Of a DNA stretch of 64,000 nt, positions 40,084 through 48,500 are shown piece after piece. The notes under the pieces are model-generated. The model did no database searches, was not told where the DNA came from, and saw only the letters and a list, made by a program, of their open reading frames with translations. Origin of the DNA: Candidatus Altimarinota bacterium (GTDB lineage Bacteria; Patescibacteriota; Gracilibacteria; UBA1369; GCA-2718715); the NCBI GenBank assembly GCA_041242255.1, contig JBESAV010000001.1, positions 480,001 through 544,000 on the forward strand, in the 5' to 3' direction. Position numbers and translations under genes: made by a program. Positions within the stretch are counted from its first letter, which is position 1, and each line of letters opens with the position of its first letter.

Positions 40084-40349
40084 TACTTAGCTTCGTTACT
40101 TACAGCTTTTTGAGCTTTAGATTTCATTCTTCCAGCTCTTTTCTTAGGTATGATATTGTTTTTAGCAGACATATCAATTGTCTTGTAAACGTTAGAAAGG
40201 CTTTCTGTAGCTTTCTTCATTTCTCCAGCTTTCACAAGGTTGTAAAAATCTTTCAGAACGTCATGAAGCTTTCTTCTTCTTCTATCATTTCTGAGTTTAT
40301 TTTTTTTATTCTGCCTTGCTGCTTTCTTTGAGGACTTTAAAATTGGCAT
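40083..40349 (-). CDS. rpsT: 30S ribosomal protein S20
   Basis: MPILKSSKK..RQ...RN, IDMSAK.NII.K.RA.R.KS; true start taken as ATG 40349. Confidence 0.93.
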   Translation of the reverse strand: MPILKSSKKAARQNKKNKLRNDRRRRKLHDVLKDFYNLVKAGEMKKATESLSNVYKTIDMSAKNNIIPKKRAGRMKSKAQKAVSNEAK

Positions 40350-40394
40350 TTTAGTACTTTTTATATAAATTATAAGCGAATCAAACATACAAAT

Positions 40395-41033
40395 ATGTCC
40401 TTAGAAAGTCAACCACAAATCATTTTAGCTACTACCTCAAGCCAACTATCGGCAAATTTCACTACAGCTGAAATACCAGTCACACATCAAGATCAACCAT
40501 ACACCTCTGATTTATTTGACGAACGAAAAGAACCAAAACAGTTAGCCAAAGACATAAGCTTAGAAAAAGCTAATTATTATTCATCCACCAAGCAATCAAT
40601 TGTAATAGCTACCCACTCTCTCATAACTCTCAACAATCAGATCCTCCCAACTCCCCAAAACCAAACTCAAGCCAAGTCTCAACTATCCCAAATCAGTGGT
40701 AAAACCATTCAGATTGTCACTGGTGTAGCAATAATTGATTCCCCTAAAAGCCGAATCATCAACCAAACCCACACTTTGGACGTGCAAATCGCCAATCTAT
40801 CCAAACACGAAAAAGCTTGGTACATAAACCAAAAAGAATTCACCACCCATCCACCAATCAACATTTTCAAAAAAGGCGCATCTCTAATAAAGTCAATCAA
40901 TGGAACACCAACACCATATCGATTTATTTTGGAGCAACTTTTAAATCTAGGTTATGAAGATTTCCTAATGCCATTACCTCAGGATGAGGCTACTCCAAAA
41001 GAGAATACTGGTTCGCATCTACCTTTTTTATGA
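40395..41033 (+). CDS. Maf-like protein (degenerate active site)
   Basis: IILA.., LA..ISLEKA, A..QL...SG....I.TGVAI; lacks the SxRR motif and the catalytic Asp. Confidence 0.7.
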   Translation: MSLESQPQIILATTSSQLSANFTTAEIPVTHQDQPYTSDLFDERKEPKQLAKDISLEKANYYSSTKQSIVIATHSLITLNNQILPTPQNQTQAKSQLSQISGKTIQIVTGVAIIDSPKSRIINQTHTLDVQIANLSKHEKAWYINQKEFTTHPPINIFKKGASLIKSINGTPTPYRFILEQLLNLGYEDFLMPLPQDEATPKENTGSHLPFL

Positions 41034-41068
41034 TATAATTATATTAGAACAAATAACTAATTATAAGC

Positions 41069-41401
41069 ATGTCAAAAAAGAAAATCGGATTTCTAGCCGG
41101 ACTAGCAGCAGGTATTACTGGAGCCCTACTTTTCGCACCAAAAAAAGGAAAGGAACTCAGAGGTGATATCGACAAAGAATTAAAGAAAAGAAAATTCTAT
41201 GATTCAAAATTCTACAGATTCTTCAAAGACACTTACTCAGAGATCAAAGAAGAAGGTCAAGAATTCGCTGAAGACGCTGAAACAATGCTAAAGAAACAAG
41301 AAGGTAAAATTCTTCCAAAAGGATCAGTAGACAAAGCAAAACAAAAAGTGAAAAACGTAGCAAAGAAAGCATCTAAGAAAACTGCTAGAACTGACGTCTA
41401 G
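41069..41401 (+). CDS. YtxH domain protein
   Basis: GFLAG..AG...ALLFAPKKGKELR. Confidence 0.88.
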   Translation: MSKKKIGFLAGLAAGITGALLFAPKKGKELRGDIDKELKKRKFYDSKFYRFFKDTYSEIKEEGQEFAEDAETMLKKQEGKILPKGSVDKAKQKVKNVAKKASKKTARTDV

Positions 41402-41402
41402 T

Positions 41403-41903
41403 TTAGAAGTTGTAGTTTTCAAATATGTATTCAGTGATGTCTTGATTCGGCTCTTCTATCTCAGAAGAGTCGTTTTCAATATCCTCGATAACCATAGTCG
41501 AATCAACTACATCTTCTCGAATAACTTCGTCTGATTCTTCCTCAGTAACTTCAGTATTATTTTCAAAGTTGTTCTCAACCTCTAAGGTTGCATTTAGAGA
41601 TGTGTCACCATCAAAACTCAATCCAGCCACACTCACACCAACATACACCACTAACATGGCTGCCAAGGCAACCGAGGCCATAGTGTACTGTCTTTCATTC
41701 CAGTTTCTCCAAAATCTTAGTTTTTCTAAATTTTGATTAGGAGTTTTAGATTCCTTTAGATCTTCATTATCTCCCAATATACTTTGTTTTTCTTCTGCAC
41801 TAAAAAGCGGTGGCGGAGTCACAGCATCTTCATTATTTTTCTTGATAGGGGAGTTCTTTTTCAGAAACTCGGCTCTCATCAAATCTTTCTCCATTTTGTG
41901 CAA
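41403..41903 (-). CDS. single-pass membrane protein with acidic C-terminal tail
   Basis: One TM; E/N/D-rich tail; likely start is ATG 41894. Confidence 0.72.
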   Translation of the reverse strand: MHKMEKDLMRAEFLKKNSPIKKNNEDAVTPPPLFSAEEKQSILGDNEDLKESKTPNQNLEKLRFWRNWNERQYTMASVALAAMLVVYVGVSVAGLSFDGDTSLNATLEVENNFENNTEVTEEESDEVIREDVVDSTMVIEDIENDSSEIEEPNQDITEYIFENYNF

Positions 41904-41933
41904 TTACATCATATTATAATAGCACAGTTTGCC

Positions 41934-42347
41934 TTAACTTTCTAGATCTACCATCTCTGAAATAGGTTCAATATACCCACTTTTATTTATTTTACGTATT
42001 TGGGCATTAATAACCTCAACAATACCCAAACCAGCTTGGTTCAAGTCTTCATCTAGCCTTCTCACATCTTCACTAGATCTTACATTCAAGCAACCATCAT
42101 CAGTTAAAATACTCAAGGAAAGATCTTTTACAGCTAAAGCTACTTCAAGGTTTTTAACCTGAGAACTATTCCAAACCTCTATTCCACGCCTCATAAACTC
42201 TATGTTTTCTAAAGCCAAACTATCATCACACAAAAGCAGACCCTCCTCATTCTCATCTGCACGAACATTAAAAACAGTCACAAACATCATGATTGTAAGG
42301 AAAATCATCCCAATTTTAACCCAATTTTGTGTCGTTTTTTCTTGCAT
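41934..42347 (-). CDS. secreted hypothetical protein
   Basis: Signal peptide ending VRA; two Cys. Confidence 0.7.
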   Translation of the reverse strand: MQEKTTQNWVKIGMIFLTIMMFVTVFNVRADENEEGLLLCDDSLALENIEFMRRGIEVWNSSQVKNLEVALAVKDLSLSILTDDGCLNVRSSEDVRRLDEDLNQAGLGIVEVINAQIRKINKSGYIEPISEMVDLES

Positions 42348-43269
42348 AGAATAAACTTATAAAGGAAGCAATCATAACACTTATCCACAATCCAGGTCCA
42401 GTGTCACCTTGTATCTCTTCTGACTCAGTAACCTCTTCCATAACCATTGCTTGGTTGTCATCTTCAGCAACCGTAAAGTCATTCTCAGATGTAGTATCTG
42501 TCTGACTAATAAGTTCATTAGTCACTTCTGCACTACTTTCTAAGTTATATTCCTGAATCACTTCATCTTCACTAACTGGCTCATCAACAGTCTCAACTTC
42601 AGCCACTTCTTGAGATTCCGGTTCGATGATCGAACTTGTATCAATAACAATGCTTTCCGACTCAGGATTCTCTCCTGGAGTTGAAGAAGGAAGTTCATTG
42701 ACTTCACTTTGTGACGCCTGATTATCTTCTGGGCTTTCTACAATGATCTCATCAGTTTCTGGCTCATTATCAACAGTTGTGCTTGCATCCAAGTTATCAT
42801 CTATCTCAACCTGTTCAGTTTCAGGAGCTTGCTGATCAGCTGAATTGCTAAAGTCTTCAGCTAAAATGTCATCAACTATTTGAGTAGAGTTTGTTTGTGG
42901 AAGTTCATTTACAGAACCTTTTAAATTTTGCGACTCAGAGTTTAGTAAAAATAAAAGCACCCCAGCCCCAATCATTAACAGTACAATTATCCCAGCAACA
43001 ATTTTAATAGAGTTACTATCACTTGAGCTACCTGAAGTAGCTTTTGATACCTTGATGTCTTCCGGAACCTTTACTTTAATCTCTTTCACTTCACTAACTT
43101 TTTTGTCCATGTCATCATTTCCTAATACAGGCTTTTCTTCCACTTGCTTATTATCATCAGAAGCCTTACTGGAATCTTTTTTTTCTAAAGTTAGGTCAAT
43201 TTTATTCGGACCCTTTTTTTTCTCATTATCATCTCCATCAATTCTTCCTGCCATTAGGTTAACAGACAT
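42316..43269 (-). CDS. acidic low-complexity surface protein with sortase-like C-terminal signal
   Basis: Internal TM, E/S/T/D-rich stalk, C-terminal GDTGP + hydrophobic helix + RK tail. Confidence 0.75.
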   Translation of the reverse strand: MSVNLMAGRIDGDDNEKKKGPNKIDLTLEKKDSSKASDDNKQVEEKPVLGNDDMDKKVSEVKEIKVKVPEDIKVSKATSGSSSDSNSIKIVAGIIVLLMIGAGVLLFLLNSESQNLKGSVNELPQTNSTQIVDDILAEDFSNSADQQAPETEQVEIDDNLDASTTVDNEPETDEIIVESPEDNQASQSEVNELPSSTPGENPESESIVIDTSSIIEPESQEVAEVETVDEPVSEDEVIQEYNLESSAEVTNELISQTDTTSENDFTVAEDDNQAMVMEEVTESEEIQGDTGPGLWISVMIASFISLFYARKNDTKLG

Positions 43270-43311
43270 TTCTCAAAAATTAATATTCATATAATTATAC
43301 CATACATACCT

Positions 43312-43335
43312 AAAACAAGACCTTCATAGGTCTTG
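43312..43335 (-). terminator. intrinsic terminator after the small ORF
   Basis: CAAGACCT-ATGA-AGGTCTTG followed by TTTT on the minus strand. Confidence 0.65.
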
Positions 43336-43342
43336 CTCTAGT

Positions 43343-43435
43343 TTAAACTTGTGTTGTGAAAACAGATAGTGCTGGTAGAAGTGCAGTAACTATTAATCCT
43401 AAAATCAATAACACTCCAAGAATTTTCTTCGCCAT
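43343..43435 (-). CDS. 30-aa single-TM peptide (absent from ORF track)
   Basis: MAKKILGVLLILGLIVTALLPALSVFTTQV*; TGGTATATT extended -10 upstream and a terminator downstream. Confidence 0.65.
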   Translation of the reverse strand: MAKKILGVLLILGLIVTALLPALSVFTTQV

Positions 43436-43476
43436 AGTTTTAAACTTTATTCAACTACGACTAATATACCAGAAAT

Positions 43477-45573
43477 CTATTCTACAACAATTGTGTTTTC
43501 GAATATGCTGATATCATTCTCGTTACTAACTACTTCAAGTTGAACGGTATATTCTCCAGCTCCTCTGAAGGTATGGACAGGTTTTCTCTCAATACTAGTT
43601 TCACCATCTCCAAAGTCCCAATTAAATCTTGTAGCCGGTCCTGTAGTACAACTAGGATCAAATGAAACTGTAACTTCATCTACACCTGAATCTCTACTTG
43701 TTTCAAAACAAGCTTGCAACGGTACAGGGTTCACAAATACTAACATTTCTGACGAAGCAGTTTCGTTTGTATCTGTTATTGCCGTAACTGTCACTGTAAA
43801 GTCTCCAACTTTATCATATCTATGAGTCATAACAGGTAGACCTCTTCTGATTGGAGTTCCATCTCCAAAGTCCCATCTAAAGCTCACAATATTTGAGTCA
43901 GAAGCCTCTCTAGTAGCAGTAGCATCAAATTCTACAGTAAGCGGAACTTGCCCCACATTCGGAGTAGCAGTTACAACTGGATTCACACCTCTTCCACCAA
44001 CTGATACATCAATTAGTTTAGAAGCAGTTCTACCGTCAGATGAAGTAATACTTAGCTTAACTTCGTATTCTCCAGCTTCAGTAAACACATGCTCTACGAT
44101 CTGACCATTATCATCCACAACTCCATCATTCTCAAAATCCCATTTATATTCAACAATATTTGCTCCTGAAGAGCTTCCTCCATCAAACTCAACTCTCAAC
44201 GGAGCTTGCCCAGTAGGTAGCTCAGGTGTTGTCTGGATCATTGCAAATAGCCCAGAAGGGGAATTACTTACAATATATTCTTTCTCAAGATTTACTTCAT
44301 TTCCAGCAGAGTCATTCATTCTCAATCGAACAATATAAACTCCTTCTTCTTCAAAGCTATAAGAAACTCGATTTCCAGTTCTAGTTACTCCATCTCCAAA
44401 GTCCCATTCAAAACTATCAATTGTTCCTTCATCACTTTCACTAGTACTCGCATCAAATGTATAACTTCTTTCTGGAGTCAGAACTTCATCCTCAGGAATA
44501 TTTCTAATTTCTCCTTTAATGATTTCAGAATCAAGCACATCAACCACGATCATCCCTTCCACAGTCTCACCATTGTTATCCACTAAGAATAATTTCACTT
44601 CATATTCCCCAGCTTCTTCAAAGGTATAAGTTGCAGTGGTACCTTCTTCATCTGTAATATCATCTCCATTGAAATCCCATTCATAACTAACAATGTTCCC
44701 ATCCTGATCAATACTTTCACTCGCGTCAAAAGTGACAGTCAGCGGAGCTCGTCCTCTCTCAGGCGTTGCTGAGATAACCGGAGTAACTCTTTGGTTTTCA
44801 ATTCCAATAGTCTTTTTAAATTCATAAGCTTCAATTTCAGCTTGTGGATCATCAGCTCTTTGAACATTAACTCTCAAAGTCACTTCATGGAAACCACTAT
44901 CTGGCTTAACAAGATATTCATGTTCAACCACAGGTCCAGTCGCAGTTTCACCATCTCCAAAGTCCCATCTATAAGAAACGACTCTGTAAGTCACAGTGTC
45001 AATTGGCAACTGACTAGCGTCAAACCTAATATTCACAGGCGCACTCAAACCAGTTACAATTTCAGGATCAGTTATTATCCCTGATTCTTGAACTTCACCT
45101 CCAAAGTCTCCACCAGAATAAACAAGGCTCAAAGTTCCAAGTCCACTGGTTATAATTAATGCAATCAACGCAATCAATAGTCTCTTAAAATAAACTCTTT
45201 TTCTCTCGGGTTGAGAGTTACTAGCAGTCATAAACTTAAACAGGGAAGCAACAAAAACCAGTAAACTTACCAAAGCACCAACAATCAGTGTGATACCAAG
45301 TCCAAGCAAAACAAAATTCAAAACACTAGTGTTCGCTCCAATCAAACTCTCTTCACTACCTTGGGAGCTCAAGTATAAAAACAAAGAAAATAAACCAACT
45401 AAGACAAAAATCCCAAATCCACCAAGTCCAGCAATAGCCATACCTCGGCTAGATTTTTTCTTTTTCTTCACAGGTTTACCTACTGACTCATCAGATGTAA
45501 ATCCTTGATCAGCCGTATAGAAGTTTTCCCTTGTTTCAGGGGTCTCTATGTTTTTATTTTCTTCTGGTTTCAT
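43477..45573 (-). CDS. membrane protein (3 TM) with about six PKD domains
   Basis: Repeated G.APL.V.FDAS.S...Y.WDFGDG...H.Y...G.Y.V.L motifs. Confidence 0.9.
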   Translation of the reverse strand: MKPEENKNIETPETRENFYTADQGFTSDESVGKPVKKKKKSSRGMAIAGLGGFGIFVLVGLFSLFLYLSSQGSEESLIGANTSVLNFVLLGLGITLIVGALVSLLVFVASLFKFMTASNSQPERKRVYFKRLLIALIALIITSGLGTLSLVYSGGDFGGEVQESGIITDPEIVTGLSAPVNIRFDASQLPIDTVTYRVVSYRWDFGDGETATGPVVEHEYLVKPDSGFHEVTLRVNVQRADDPQAEIEAYEFKKTIGIENQRVTPVISATPERGRAPLTVTFDASESIDQDGNIVSYEWDFNGDDITDEEGTTATYTFEEAGEYEVKLFLVDNNGETVEGMIVVDVLDSEIIKGEIRNIPEDEVLTPERSYTFDASTSESDEGTIDSFEWDFGDGVTRTGNRVSYSFEEEGVYIVRLRMNDSAGNEVNLEKEYIVSNSPSGLFAMIQTTPELPTGQAPLRVEFDGGSSSGANIVEYKWDFENDGVVDDNGQIVEHVFTEAGEYEVKLSITSSDGRTASKLIDVSVGGRGVNPVVTATPNVGQVPLTVEFDATATREASDSNIVSFRWDFGDGTPIRRGLPVMTHRYDKVGDFTVTVTAITDTNETASSEMLVFVNPVPLQACFETSRDSGVDEVTVSFDPSCTTGPATRFNWDFGDGETSIERKPVHTFRGAGEYTVQLEVVSNENDISIFENTIVVE

Positions 45574-45574
45574 A

Positions 45575-48500
45575 CTAGTAAAGTTTACGTTTATTTTTGT
45601 TTTGAATATCTAGTTTTCTCAATATTATACCACTAAACAGTCCTAATAGCGATACAATTACAACATACACAAAGATAGGAATATTATTCTCAATATCAAA
45701 GCTTAGTGAAGCATTGTAATCCAGTCCTACAAATCGAATATCAATGAAATCTGTATAAATATTACCCTGATCATCAGTAATAGTAACTAGTGTTCTAGTT
45801 GGACTAAACGCAGAACTATATCTCGTAGTGAAATCTTCTCTTTGAGTAGAGGAGTAATCCACATCATTATTTCTTACCCCATCTCGACCAGAGTCTAAAT
45901 ATGTATTCTTATCTACTTTTATCTCCACAACTGATTCAGGCAGTTTGCTAAATTCAAAAGTTACATCAATAACTCCATCCTCCACAATCACAGCATCTTC
46001 ATTTAAATCATAAGGAGGTCTAGTCACAATAAATCCATTATCTCTAAGCGAAACTTCTCCTATGCTTGGTGCAGATGGGTAAGTATCAACCTCTTCACCA
46101 TCTATATTCAAGGTAGGGAAGCCTAGATTGTCAGTATTGGCTTGATTGTTTCTAGGTGTCTGTCCAGAAGAAGCTACCTCATTCACCACCCCACCTTGGG
46201 CAGAAATAGTGAAGCTATTAGTGATTTCATCCACATTTCCTTCGTTATCTACAACTGTAAGCTTAACCCCATATACTCCAGATCTATCATAGCTAAAGCT
46301 TGGGCTGTACTCGGTTGAATCTACATCATTCAATGGGTTCCCATCTCCATCACTATCCAGTTGAGTATCAAAGTCCCACAAAGTCTGATCAATAAACCCT
46401 CCATTCACACTGTCAACTCTAGAATTATTAGTAAAGCTTACATCACCACCACTAGACCGAGCCGTAAATGCAGCTACAGGCGGATCCAAATTAGAATCTA
46501 CAAAGATAGGTATAATTCCAGAAACAGTTCTTCCACCTTTGTCATCAGTGACTTCCATTCTTACTTTAAACCCATCAACCGGGGAAGCTTTCTCAAAAGT
46601 TTTTTCTACAGTTGAAGTTTCATAAATATCCTCATCTGCAAAACTCCCATCTCCATCAAAGTCATATCTCCATTGAACGATCTCACCATCAGGATCTGTT
46701 GATTCATCAATAAAGTTAATACTTTCTCCTACACTTATAGAAGTTCTATCAACTCTAAACTTAGCCGTAGGTAAATCATTTTTCCCATTCACAACAGTTA
46801 CAATAGCAGCAGCTCCTTCATTAAATATATCTCTACACTTAACTTCATTTCCATCATCATCAATCAAGTCTAAACAAATTCCGTATTGAACCTCTTCTCC
46901 TTCACGACCCATTGTCCCAATCTGCATTGTCGCTCTAGGCGAACCAGAGGCTATCACACCAATCTGTTCATCTGACCGACTCAAAGGGTAATAATAATAT
47001 CTAAATGTCCTAATATTACCATCTGGATCATTTGCTCCAACTGCCTCTACTTCTATATCAAACGGTGTAGTTGGCCCACCTCTAGGTGTTACAATTACAT
47101 TTTGAACAGTAGGGAAGGCTTGCACTACTGGAAGCCTGATTGTTCGAGTATTTGTTTGAGTTCTATCATTTAGATTCGTAACAGTTAGGTTGATCTCAAA
47201 TGTACCTCTTGGATTTGACGGAAGATCCCTGTAAGAATAAGTAAATGTTCTCTGTGTAAACTTACCTCCATCTCCAGTATCCCAAGAATATAGCAGGTTA
47301 TCATTCGTCCCATCAATATTTAAAGATTCACTCGCATCAAAAGTCAGCAATGTATCTCTATATATAGCTGGCATTTCATCAATCTTAGTATAAGTATTAC
47401 CAAATGCCTCCAAGGTAATCACAGCAATCGGAGAACTTCCAGCTCCAACCAAGAAAGTCTCATTGATTGTTTTCTTTGTTCCATCCTTCTCAGCCTCAAC
47501 TCGTACATCAAATGCACCAGCTTGCTCATAGTTATGTTCAAATCTTATTCTTCCATTCTCATCAAATCTTGCTGTCTGATTATCACCATCTCCAAAGAAA
47601 ATAGTAGCAGTATCAGCCACATTAGATTCAACAAAGAAATTAACAACTGAGTCATCGTCTAACTGAGTAGCATATTGCTGCTCCTCACCAAACCTCAAGT
47701 CAATAATGTTGTTCACAACAATTTCAACTTCATCTTCTGCAACTTTCCCTTGAGGGTCAACCACAGTAAGTTTAGCTCTATATGTTCCTTTCTTTAAGAA
47801 TTGAACTTCTAATCTTCTCTGATCATCAGAATTAATGACAGTATAATCAACCCCTTCGATTTTACCTGGAAAACTCCAAGAATATTTCAGGCTCTCTATG
47901 TCACCAGCATCAGGATCGCTACTTTGTGAAGCATCTAAAGTTATTAGTGATGGATTATTCTTATCTAAAGAGTTAGCAATAGCTACTGCCGTTGGAGGCC
48001 TAGATTCTACGTTTACATTAACCTGCACAGTCGCTTCATTTCCTTCTCCATCTCTAACCTTTAGTCCTATACTTTTCGAACCAGGATTCTCAAAGCTCAC
48101 AGTTATTCTTTCTTCAGAACCAAAGTCAGTTGCAGTATCATCCACAGTCCACTCTCTCGATACAATTGGCCCAAAGTCACTCTGAGAATTCGAAGAATCT
48201 AAAACAATTTCTTCACCAGGAATAACATTCGTCTTATCAGCATTCACCCTAGCTACAATAGTGTTCACATTTACGTAGAACACCTTTCGGTCTGTCTGCC
48301 CTTGAGCATCAGTTACTGAAAGCACACCTGAGTATCTCCCTCTAGAGTTAAAGGTTTTTCTAATTGTTTTTACATCATCCTGAACTCCACCAATATCCGT
48401 TTCTTCATCTTCATTACCAGAAAGAATCGGATCACCAGATCCAGATATAGAACCTTGCTCATCTGAAAATCTCCAAGCATACTCCTGTATACTATTCCCA

